Part shown: one piece after another, positions 8,417 through 16,628 of the stretch
Position numbering within the stretch: the stretch's first letter is position 1
Layout of the letters: every line of letters begins with the position of its first letter
Position numbers and translations under genes: made by a program
IMG/VR virus record: IMGVR_UViG_3300047407_000073
Location: 1 to 25,846 of that record
Length of the DNA stretch: 25,846 bases
Reading direction: 5' to 3' (one strand)
From: a virus
Taxonomy: Duplodnaviria; Caudoviricetes
The notes under the pieces: generated by a model
What the model was told of the DNA's origin: nothing
Seen by the model: the letters and a program-made list of their open reading frames with translations, nothing else
Database searches by the model: none

Positions 8417-8761
8417 TTAAGATTCAATGGCAACTCTATGCCACTTTTCACCGATCTTCATCCACAACCTATCATCATGACCAACTGAAAGAGTAACTTT
8501 GTTTAGTTCATCTAGCTGTGGAGATTCTGCAAAATAAATTGGTTGACCTTCAAGAGTAATTCCAGCCGGTTTTACTTTCTTAGGTTTATTCTGAGCAGTC
8601 AACATTAAATTAGTATTACTCGATGGTGCTAGATGAGAGATATCTTCAGATTCTTTTTTCTTCTCAATGACTTCAACGGTAAGTTTAGTAGCACCGATTC
8701 CTGCTACTAAACCACCGATTAACCCTGCGCCGTTAAGAAACCTTCGTCGTAAGGGATTCAT
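8417..8761 (-). CDS. Hypothetical protein with twin-arginine (Tat)-like signal
   Basis: ATG 8761 with GAGG RBS gives MNPLRRRFLNGAGLIGGLVAGIGA. Confidence 0.65.
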   Translation of the reverse strand: MNPLRRRFLNGAGLIGGLVAGIGATKLTVEVIEKKKESEDISHLAPSSNTNLMLTAQNKPKKVKPAGITLEGQPIYFAESPQLDELNKVTLSVGHDDRLWMKIGEKWHRVAIES

Positions 8762-9005
8762 ATAAGTCCTCAACTTCTGATGATTCTGCCTTCACTTCAT
8801 TGAAGTTTTGTTTATGATAAATTTTAGCAAGCGTACGCGTATACTTTGGAGGAAGTTCATACTTATCTTTTACTTCTTTTAGTGTCTCGCGAATAAGATC
8901 TCGTTCTGCTTCCATCCTCGTCATTGAATTTGAGATTTCAACAACTGCATCATATACACCTTTACGATCTGCAGGATTACTTAGCTTCTGCGTCAATAGA
9001 CTCAT
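8733..9005 (-). CDS. dsbA: T4 DsbA-like double-stranded DNA-binding protein
   Basis: C-terminal LAKIYHKQNF...EVEDLYE resembles T4 DsbA; about 90 aa from ATG 9005 with AAGGAG RBS. Confidence 0.8.
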   Translation of the reverse strand: MSLLTQKLSNPADRKGVYDAVVEISNSMTRMEAERDLIRETLKEVKDKYELPPKYTRTLAKIYHKQNFNEVKAESSEVEDLYESLTTKVS

Positions 9006-9177
9006 TTGATGCTCCTTCAGCTTGTGAACCTTCAACTTGTTGTGAATTAGTTTTCACGAAGTCAATAATTCGTTCGCGTACTTCTCCAACAGTCTTAAGA
9101 TCTGCACCTTTAAAAATGCCCTTTTCAGCAGCAAGATCAATAATTTGTACAACTACTTGTAAATCAGATAGTTTCAT
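8977..9177 (-). CDS. Hypothetical protein
   Basis: 66 aa ORF directly after gp45, GAGG RBS. Confidence 0.7.
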   Translation of the reverse strand: MKLSDLQVVVQIIDLAAEKGIFKGADLKTVGEVRERIIDFVKTNSQQVEGSQAEGASNESIDAEAK

Positions 9178-9179
9178 TT

Positions 9180-9854
9180 TTATACCTCATAGGTTGATGA
9201 TTTTTCAAGAGCAATCCAATATTCAATTGGAAGTGTCTTGTGTTTAAAATGTGAGATTAGTTTACCAGAAATTGATACGTCATAATCTCCTGGAATAATC
9301 TTTAAATTTGACACATCAAAGTGAAATTTAAAGTTATGACCGTTATTGTTACCTTCGACTTCAGTACCATAAGAGTTTGATGTACTATTCTTGGCATCTT
9401 TAACTCTAATAACGATTCCACTACCTTGACTTTCAACAGCAATTGTTGAAACAGAAAGAAGTGATGTTGCACGAAGAAGATTCTTTAATACTTCAGATGT
9501 TAATACAAATGTTGCATCTGTTGCTGGCATCGTGATATCTTTTTGTGGATATGTTAATGATGCTTCATCTGAGAAGAAATATTTTAATGTAGATTTGCCT
9601 TCACTTAAATTAACACTTTTGCCATCTGAAGAGAAGTCAAAGGTGGGGTCTGTGAATAAACTAAGTGAAGACAAAAAATCGTTGACATCATAAATGCCGA
9701 AATCTTGTGGGATTGATTCTGTGATTGTAGCTTTAGCTACGATGTTCTTAGCTTCTGCAATCGTCTTTACTTCTGTACCACTTCTAAACATTAAATTTGG
9801 TTGAATATTTGCAAAGTTCTTAAGAACTGCAAGTGTATCGGTTGAAAGTTTCAT
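9180..9854 (-). CDS. 45: Sliding clamp gp45
   Basis: MKLSTDTLAVLKNFANI, FGIYDVNDFL, NLKIIPGDYDV, YWIALE. Confidence 0.96.
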   Translation of the reverse strand: MKLSTDTLAVLKNFANIQPNLMFRSGTEVKTIAEAKNIVAKATITESIPQDFGIYDVNDFLSSLSLFTDPTFDFSSDGKSVNLSEGKSTLKYFFSDEASLTYPQKDITMPATDATFVLTSEVLKNLLRATSLLSVSTIAVESQGSGIVIRVKDAKNSTSNSYGTEVEGNNNGHNFKFHFDVSNLKIIPGDYDVSISGKLISHFKHKTLPIEYWIALEKSSTYEV

Positions 9855-9880
9855 AATAAATCCTCAAGTTGTATTGTATA

Positions 9881-9909
9881 ATTATACCACATTATTTTAT
9901 TTTTGTACA
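9881..9909 (-). promoter_or_regulatory. Early-type promoter for the gp45 operon
   Basis: TGTACA-17 bp-TATAAT with GTGG extension. Confidence 0.85.
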
Positions 9910-10241
9910 CTATATTTGATATCATGTTCGTACAAAAACATCAAACAACAGAGTGCGTGTGCTAGGTGATGCATACCAGATTCGGGATCCATTTGTTCTC
10001 CCATTTTCCAAGCCCAAACATGTCGTTCAAGCGCATCGAAGTAACGTGTCTTAGATTCTGGTACATGTTTCCAATTATCTGGTTCATATTTCTCTGCACC
10101 AAATGTAAGTACTTCGGCAGTAGCTTTCATGGCTAAAGGCGGAAGTAAACCATACCGCGGCTTACCACCATCAAACTTGCGGCCGCCACTAGTGGCAGTC
10201 TGTGATGCTTTTACAATATCTTTTTTAGTAGCGGTTGTCAT
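9897..10241 (-). CDS. dATP/dGTP diphosphohydrolase-domain protein (DUF5664-like)
   Basis: GRKFDGGKPRYGLLP, VLTFGAEKY..DNW, RH, DPESGMHHLAHA. Confidence 0.82.
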   Translation of the reverse strand: MTTATKKDIVKASQTATSGGRKFDGGKPRYGLLPPLAMKATAEVLTFGAEKYEPDNWKHVPESKTRYFDALERHVWAWKMGEQMDPESGMHHLAHALCCLMFLYEHDIKYSVQK

Positions 10242-10401
10242 GATTCATCATCCTTGAACATGTGCATGGATTTCTTCCTTGACGACAGTCTCCATTACAA
10301 TCACTATTAAAAAAGTTTTTAATTTTTTGCCAAATAGTTAATTTTTTGGTAGAAGAATATGATTGTAGATCCTCTACAACTTTATCCCAAACTTTACTCA
10401 T
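10225..10401 (-). CDS. Small protein, 58 aa, with Cys cluster CNGDCRQGRNPCTC
   Basis: Manual translation from ATG 10401 with GGAG RBS; overlaps the start of the next gene. Confidence 0.6.
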   Translation of the reverse strand: MSKVWDKVVEDLQSYSSTKKLTIWQKIKNFFNSDCNGDCRQGRNPCTCSRMMNHDNRY

Positions 10402-10413
10402 AATATAGACTCC

Positions 10414-10465
10414 AAAATAAAAATGAAGAGAGAGGAGCAGGTGTCCAATCTCTCCTCTCTCTTCA
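10414..10465 (-). terminator. Intrinsic terminator with 14-bp perfect stem and 14-nt loop
   Basis: TGAAGAGAGAGGAG (10424-10437) and CTCCTCTCTCTTCA (10452-10465), followed by TTTTATTTT on the minus strand. Confidence 0.85.
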
Positions 10466-10473
10466 CACTGCTA

Positions 10474-10728
10474 TTAAGCAGTTAACTCAACGAACTCGCC
10501 GTTGCGTAGCGCACGAATACCTGCTGCTACGATTGCACGTGTTGGATGACCCATACGATATGTAGTCAATCCACCAGTTTTATTTGCATAAATGCAATAA
10601 CCCTGTGTGCGAAGAGCGCTAACAGTTGCTGTTGCGTTCTTAATACCAAATCGTGAACCGATTTGACCGGCCGTAAAATTCTGGCCATTTTGGAATGCCT
10701 TTAAAAGGCGTGCTTGTTTGCTTTTCAT
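10474..10728 (-). CDS. Small basic winged helix-turn-helix protein
   Basis: 84 aa: LLKAFQNG..FTAGQIGSRFGIKNATATVSALRTQGYCI followed by a beta-wing (TTYRMG); GGAG RBS. Confidence 0.75.
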   Translation of the reverse strand: MKSKQARLLKAFQNGQNFTAGQIGSRFGIKNATATVSALRTQGYCIYANKTGGLTTYRMGHPTRAIVAAGIRALRNGEFVELTA

Positions 10729-10739
10729 TATAAAGCTCC

Positions 10740-10807
10740 ATTACGTAATCACACTCAATACCACACCAAAATGCCCGAAGGGAGTGTGCGAATCCTTCGG
10801 GCGGTGT
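10740..10807 (-). ncRNA. Structured leader (predicted pseudoknot) upstream of the wHTH gene
   Basis: Stem GCCCGAAGG/CCTTCGGGC with basal ACACC/GGTGT; loop CACACTC is complementary to downstream GAGTGTG. Confidence 0.6.
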
Positions 10808-10810
10808 TCT

Positions 10811-11968
10811 TTAGAACGGAGTTACATCATTATCCATTTGTTGGATCGTAACTTCCGGTTCATCATTAACTTTAGGTTGTACAGCTTTACTATCAACTTT
10901 AGTGTATAGATCAAGGAACGCTACTCGTGTATCCTCATCAAAGCGAGAGATACACAACTCAATTGCTTTTGCTCTATCAGCAAAGATACCATATGTACGA
11001 GCAATGTGTACTAGACGACGAGTAGAGATTAGATCATCTACGCCGCCATCCTTGTAGGTCTGTCTAATGATATCTGACCATGTAACCAGATTATCAGCAA
11101 ACTCACCATCTAGTTTGCCATAAGCTTCCATTGCGTTAAGGATAATCTTCTTCTCAACTGCAGAAGATGGATATGGTTGATCCATAGTAGCAACGAAACG
11201 TTCAAGGAATGCTTCATCAAGGATTCGTGCACCTGTAAAACGACCGTCTTCAGATCCACGTCCTTTGGTATTTGCTGTAGCAAGGATATTAAAACCAGTC
11301 TCGGGATGAACCAATGCACCAGTCTTCTTAATATACAATGGCTTGCCTTCTAATACAGCTTGCAAACACATAAGCTTATTAGAACCACGATCAATCTCAT
11401 CAATCAAGCAGATTGCACCTTGCTTCATAGCTTGTGGAATAGGACCATCACACCAAACAGTTTCACCATTAACTAAACGGAAACCACCAATAAGGTCGTC
11501 TTCATCTGTTTCTTCTGTGATATTAACACGTACATACTTGCGCTTAAGCGTTGCACATGCTTGTTCTACCATCATAGTCTTGCCATTACCTGAAAGGCCT
11601 GCGATAAAAACAGGATAGAATGCCATAGATTCAATGATCTGTTTTATATCGCGGAAAAATCCCCATGAAACATAAGATTTGTCTTTTTCTGGAACTTCAA
11701 TTTTCACTTGATCAAATACCGTTTGTGAAACCTTCGTACTTTCAACTTCTGATTGTGAAGTACGAGGTTTAAGTTGTACAACTGGAGCAAGCATCGAGAT
11801 TTGATATTTACCTCGACCTACTCGATTCTCTGCTTTTGTAATGAAGTTAGGATAACCTAAACCCATATCATTAGCGTGGTCTACAAGTTCTTTTACATCG
11901 AACACTGAACGACCAGGATATTTATCACCAAGAGTTTTGATGAATGCTGACTTAATTTCTTGTTTCAT
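10811..11968 (-). CDS. MoxR/CobS/CbbQ-like AAA+ ATPase
   Basis: Walker A GLSGNGKT, DEDDLIGG, Walker B LIDEID, ATANTKG, LDEAFLERF, ISTRRL. Confidence 0.92.
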   Translation of the reverse strand: MKQEIKSAFIKTLGDKYPGRSVFDVKELVDHANDMGLGYPNFITKAENRVGRGKYQISMLAPVVQLKPRTSQSEVESTKVSQTVFDQVKIEVPEKDKSYVSWGFFRDIKQIIESMAFYPVFIAGLSGNGKTMMVEQACATLKRKYVRVNITEETDEDDLIGGFRLVNGETVWCDGPIPQAMKQGAICLIDEIDRGSNKLMCLQAVLEGKPLYIKKTGALVHPETGFNILATANTKGRGSEDGRFTGARILDEAFLERFVATMDQPYPSSAVEKKIILNAMEAYGKLDGEFADNLVTWSDIIRQTYKDGGVDDLISTRRLVHIARTYGIFADRAKAIELCISRFDEDTRVAFLDLYTKVDSKAVQPKVNDEPEVTIQQMDNDVTPF

Positions 11969-12020
11969 GGTTGGACACCTTTCAAAAGTTACATAACAAA
12001 AATTGCATCGTTATATGTAT

Positions 12021-12049
12021 ATTATACCACATTTTTTACATGTTGTACA
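12021..12049 (-). promoter_or_regulatory. Early-type promoter for the AAA ATPase
   Basis: TGTACA-17 bp-TATAAT with GTGG extension; shares CTATGTACAACATGT with the 14376 promoter. Confidence 0.88.
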
Positions 12050-12072
12050 TAGCCTATTTTATCAGACCAGGC

Positions 12073-14349
12073 TTATGCGATGGCATCAACAAACGCGTTC
12101 AGCAAGATACGGTTAACACGTTTTGCCTTAGTCATCTTTGCAAAGGCTGTTTTAATCTTGCCTTTGCTTGCACCATCCTCTACCATCTCGCCAAATTCAT
12201 CCTCTACGATGTCCATATACTTTGTACATAGACCAAAGTAGCGATCATATCCAAAGATGTTATCTTCAACCAAGCAACGATTCTTGTTTAGTTGAGTAGT
12301 GTACTTCTCGCGATATGAGTACATATGACCTGAAGGAGCTTCACTAACAGCCTTCGCTACTGCTTGATTACGATATTCGCTAATAAAGAAACCAAGTACA
12401 CTTGAACCAGTAGATTGTTTCAATGAACGCAGTAGCTGCTTTGTCATGTCTGAACCAGATACAGAGTCAACATTAAAGCTCTTGCCTTCCATGCGAATGA
12501 TTGCTTTCTTGCCTCTCCAACTATAGTATGATTCAGCAGTTAAACGATTATCATTACCAAGATCTGTCATGCGAATTTGGAATGAATCTGAATCACCATC
12601 TGTCAAGAACATTGCAGTCATTTTCTCAACGTTGTGTTTTAGTTTATATTTCTCAATCAGCTCATGAGCATACACAATACATGTATTCAATGGCGTACTA
12701 TGCAAATGGTTCCATTCTGTGATATACGTATTATTGAACTTATTGTCCCAACATTGGGAAAGGTTCCACTGCATACGAAATGCTTCATTATATTCTCTAC
12801 GAGACATACGCGAAGATATTAAAGTCAACAGATTAAACTTTTGAGCAATTACTTCACAATCACTGTATGACATAAAGTTTTGATCAGTGTCATCGTTACT
12901 CTCGCGTACTCTAGTAGTGAACGCATAGACTTCAAATGGTACATTAATCACTCTACAAAATTCAGCCAAATTTAACATTTGACGAATAGTTGCACCCATA
13001 TTTTCTGACATCGATCCAGAGAAGTCAATGAATAGCATCATGCCATGATTTTTATAGTTAGCTAACTTCGTTGACTTTAAGAAGATGTCTTCACTATACT
13101 TGTATGCATGCAACTTATTTGTATTGATAACACCAGTCTTTTGAATAGAAGAACGAGAGTATTGATATGCAGCTTTACGAAGCTCAAATTCCTTAGCCAT
13201 ATATGCAGCTGCAGTCTCTGTGTCATGCTTAAACTTTTTAAATTCTGGCTCTAGCTTTGTATTGCTTTCTGCAATCAGTTCTTTATGCCAATCAGTTGCA
13301 TCACTCAGCTTTGTTTTCCAATAGTTGTAATATTCTTTGTAGTCAATCACAACATCAGGTTGACGAACTTTATTGATTGTATAGATTGCAGTGTTCTTGA
13401 GACCAGTTTCAACTAATTCTTTTTCCTTATCACGGAAAATCTTGTCAGTCATGGCTTCTTCAAGAGCAGAGTCAGATATATCACTAGACTTTTTTTCATC
13501 TGGTGTATCTTTCACATCATCTTTTGCAAGTTCTTTCTTAACTGTATCGTCTCTGCCACCAATTCCAGTTTTACCATCATCTTGTTTAGGCTCAGAAGCT
13601 TCTTCAGGTTTCTCTGAAGCTTCTTGTTGAGGTTGTTGTTTTTCTTCCTGCTCTGATTCTTCTTGAGGATCAGGCTTTTCATAATCATTGCTATCGTCTT
13701 CCATAGACTCTAGCGGCAATGATGGCAAAGTTATCTGAGGAAACTTTGGTTTTTGATCGTCTAATAGTTTTTGATATGCATAGATTGCTTTAGCAAGTGC
13801 AATCACATCATCAAACGTTTCAGTCAAGAATGCTTTATCAAAAAATTCTTGTTCGATATTATCAAACTCAACTTCTATGTGTTGACCAAGCTTTGACTTA
13901 ATATTAATCTTATCAATTACTTTTGCGGTGTTGATATCAACTTGTGATGAAACTAGACCAAAGAAGTCTTCATCACTAAGTTGTTTGTATGCTTTTTGGA
14001 ATTGAAAACGTAGGCCAGGATAACGATCTTGAATTTTACGTTCAATACGTACATCTTCAAGGATGTTAAGATATGCTTTAGGTGCACCGCCAATATCATC
14101 TACAGCTTCATGCCAACCTTTAGCAGGAGTGTAAAGAGCATGACCAACTTCATGGCCTGTAAGCATATCATATACTGCTTTACCTTTATTTTTCCAAATA
14201 GGTAAAGCTAGTACACGTTTTTCTGGATCAAACCAAGCGGTTTTATATGCGCCGTGAATTACGGCAATATTTTCTCGTGCTAGTAGACGAGCTAGTGTGG
14301 ATTGTTGATCAAAGTTGATCGAAATTGCATCAAGTTGGACACCTTGCAT
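12073..14349 (-). CDS. CobT-like protein: N-terminal HExxH metallopeptidase-like domain, acidic linker, C-terminal vWA domain
   Basis: HEVGHALYT, NILEDVRIER, E/Q/P-rich linker, MIDAS motif DFSGSM..TPL..LTDGDS; adjacent to the MoxR-like ATPase. Confidence 0.88.
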   Translation of the reverse strand: MQGVQLDAISINFDQQSTLARLLARENIAVIHGAYKTAWFDPEKRVLALPIWKNKGKAVYDMLTGHEVGHALYTPAKGWHEAVDDIGGAPKAYLNILEDVRIERKIQDRYPGLRFQFQKAYKQLSDEDFFGLVSSQVDINTAKVIDKINIKSKLGQHIEVEFDNIEQEFFDKAFLTETFDDVIALAKAIYAYQKLLDDQKPKFPQITLPSLPLESMEDDSNDYEKPDPQEESEQEEKQQPQQEASEKPEEASEPKQDDGKTGIGGRDDTVKKELAKDDVKDTPDEKKSSDISDSALEEAMTDKIFRDKEKELVETGLKNTAIYTINKVRQPDVVIDYKEYYNYWKTKLSDATDWHKELIAESNTKLEPEFKKFKHDTETAAAYMAKEFELRKAAYQYSRSSIQKTGVINTNKLHAYKYSEDIFLKSTKLANYKNHGMMLFIDFSGSMSENMGATIRQMLNLAEFCRVINVPFEVYAFTTRVRESNDDTDQNFMSYSDCEVIAQKFNLLTLISSRMSRREYNEAFRMQWNLSQCWDNKFNNTYITEWNHLHSTPLNTCIVYAHELIEKYKLKHNVEKMTAMFLTDGDSDSFQIRMTDLGNDNRLTAESYYSWRGKKAIIRMEGKSFNVDSVSGSDMTKQLLRSLKQSTGSSVLGFFISEYRNQAVAKAVSEAPSGHMYSYREKYTTQLNKNRCLVEDNIFGYDRYFGLCTKYMDIVEDEFGEMVEDGASKGKIKTAFAKMTKAKRVNRILLNAFVDAIA

Positions 14350-14375
14350 GTTATTTCCTTTGCTAATATGTATAT

Positions 14376-14404
14376 ATTATACCACAAAAATAACATGTTG
14401 TACA
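14376..14404 (-). promoter_or_regulatory. Early-type promoter for the vWA gene
   Basis: TGTACA-17 bp-TATAAT with GTGG extension. Confidence 0.88.
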
Positions 14405-14419
14405 TAGGCCCTTGCAAGT

Positions 14420-14914
14420 CTATGATTTGTAACGCTTTTTACTCTTTGCTTTCTTAAGAGCTAGTGCTTTTTTCAATGGGGATGCCATGTTTAAGAAGTT
14501 TGTACCTTCCATATGATCATATTCATGCTGAATGATACGAGCAGTGATGCCACCATATTCTGCTGTGATGCGTTCACCTGTTCTGGTAGTGTATTCGATC
14601 TTAATCTTTTGTGGGCGCTTGAGAGAAATAAAAACGCCTGGTTGTGATAGACAACCTTCTTCAAATAAGATTGTTTCTGGAGAATATTCAATAATCTTTG
14701 GGTCAAAGAATGTCTCTGCAAAATCACCATATACAATTGAGAAGATACGATTATCGATTCCAACCTGATTTGCAGATAGACCGATGCCGTTTAAAAATCT
14801 AGTTGCGCTTTCTAAATTCTTTGCAAATTCTTCTTTGTTATCTAAATCTTTATATTCCATTGGCTTAGTCAACAATGGATCATCATATGGAATAAGTTTA
14901 TATTGTAGTTGCAT
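14420..14914 (-). CDS. def: Peptide deformylase
   Basis: Motifs GIGLSANQ, EGCLS, QHEYDH. Confidence 0.95.
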   Translation of the reverse strand: MQLQYKLIPYDDPLLTKPMEYKDLDNKEEFAKNLESATRFLNGIGLSANQVGIDNRIFSIVYGDFAETFFDPKIIEYSPETILFEEGCLSQPGVFISLKRPQKIKIEYTTRTGERITAEYGGITARIIQHEYDHMEGTNFLNMASPLKKALALKKAKSKKRYKS

Positions 14915-16628
14915 TTTTAATCCTTGAGAAGTTTCTCTCTTTTACAAATTCAATCTTGTTTCTAAATTTAGAATCAAGCACGTCACCCTTATGAGAGATA
15001 ACAAATACATTTGTATCTTGTACAGATCCTAAGATCTTCATAAGGTTATCAATTCCATCATTATCTAGCGATGAGTCAAACGTCTCATCAAGGATAAGAA
15101 GGTTTGTATTAGCTGAATTCTTCATCTTAGCAATCTGACGCCATGTGAACAATAAGCTAAGGTCGATGCGTTGTTTCTCGCCTTCAGAGAAACTAGCATA
15201 AGTGAACTCATCTCTGTAACGAGACTTAATTGTTTCGTTAAAGGATTCATCTAAATTAAATAAGACGAAGAAGTCTAATATTTGCAGATATTGATTAACA
15301 AGTTTGTTAATCACAGGTAAGTATTGTTTGACAATCTTCGTCTTAATACCAGTATCTTTTAACATCTCGTTAGCAATGTTGTTATAATTCTGTTGATCTA
15401 TATAGTTCAACTTTAAATCTGCTAATGATTCTTTATTATTTTGTAAATCTGTTAACTCATTTATTGCAACACTAACGTCTCCATCAGTACCTTCAATCTT
15501 GAGAATTTCAGATTCTAAACTATCTATACTATTTTGAAGCGCAGTGATAGATGCATTATTTGCAACGATATCTAATTGTGCTTGTTGAAACTTTTCTATT
15601 TCCTCAAGTAACGAATTTTCTTTTTCTAAAACGACACTTAATTCTTCCTTGAGCTTCTCAACACCCTGATTAATTTCCCCGATCTTACTATCGCATCGAT
15701 GCACATGCTCTTGCCTTGTTTCGGCAGATATTTCTTGAGAACAGGTTGGGCAACTAGTAGATTCCACAAAGAAAGCTCTGTTGTCTTGTAGCGTCTTAAG
15801 GGAAGATTCAAATTTAATTCCAAATCCGGCCAATTTCTGTTTCTTATTCGCAACGACTTTGAGATCCTTTTGTCGTTGAATAAGCAACTCCAACTGTGTT
15901 GAAAGCTGAGCATTTTTGGCCTGAAGATTTTGTATGCTAGTCTGTGAGTTTGAGATGGTCGTCTGCTTATCACGAATCTGGTCTTTTGCCAATGATTCGA
16001 CGTCGGAAATATATTTGTTTTGTAATCTGATTTTTTCACTAATGATTTCAAGTTGTGTGTTGGCATCTGCAATTTGTTCCTTCAATCTTGCCATCTTCTC
16101 TTTAAGAAGTTGGTTCATTCGCGAGAACACTTGAATATCAAGCAATTCCTCAATGATCGTCCTACGTTGGCCAGTTGGAAGCTGCATGAAAGGAGTAAAA
16201 GAAGCAGATCCAATTACAACGACTTGATGAAACGATTTGTGGTTAAGCTTCAACACATTCTGTTCGAGGAATGCTTGATAGTCTCGCGTATTCGCTTGTT
16301 GATTTAACAGAGTTCCATTCTGATAAATCTCAAAAGTATTTGGTTTAATACCTCTAACAATTTTAAACTCTGTAGCACCAACTGAAAATTCTACCTCTAC
16401 TACTGCTGCTTTATTATTGATTGAATTCAATAATTGTGGTTTAAGAATATTTCTAAATGGTTTACCAAAAAGACCGAACGACAATGCATCCAATAACGTA
16501 GATTTTCCTGCACCATTTTGTCCAATGATTAGTGTGGAATCATTCTTGTTAAGTTCAATCTCTGTAAATTGATCACCTGTACTTAAGAAGTTTTTCCAAC
16601 GTACAGTCTTAAAAATAATAGCTGCCAT
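14898..16628 (-). CDS. 46: Recombination endonuclease subunit gp46 (Rad50/SbcC-like)
   Basis: GQNGAGKST, coiled coil with CPTC zinc hook, FSEGEK, LILDE. Confidence 0.96.
   Translation of the reverse strand: MAAIIFKTVRWKNFLSTGDQFTEIELNKNDSTLIIGQNGAGKSTLLDALSFGLFGKPFRNILKPQLLNSINNKAAVVEVEFSVGATEFKIVRGIKPNTFEIYQNGTLLNQQANTRDYQAFLEQNVLKLNHKSFHQVVVIGSASFTPFMQLPTGQRRTIIEELLDIQVFSRMNQLLKEKMARLKEQIADANTQLEIISEKIRLQNKYISDVESLAKDQIRDKQTTISNSQTSIQNLQAKNAQLSTQLELLIQRQKDLKVVANKKQKLAGFGIKFESSLKTLQDNRAFFVESTSCPTCSQEISAETRQEHVHRCDSKIGEINQGVEKLKEELSVVLEKENSLLEEIEKFQQAQLDIVANNASITALQNSIDSLESEILKIEGTDGDVSVAINELTDLQNNKESLADLKLNYIDQQNYNNIANEMLKDTGIKTKIVKQYLPVINKLVNQYLQILDFFVLFNLDESFNETIKSRYRDEFTYASFSEGEKQRIDLSLLFTWRQIAKMKNSANTNLLILDETFDSSLDNDGIDNLMKILGSVQDTNVFVISHKGDVLDSKFRNKIEFVKERNFSRIKNATTI

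Noticed and set aside
13480-13720. Repetitive-looking E/Q/P/K-rich stretch in the vWA gene
   Set aside because: Low-complexity protein linker with only short imperfect repeats (EASE.P), not a repeat array or mobile element.
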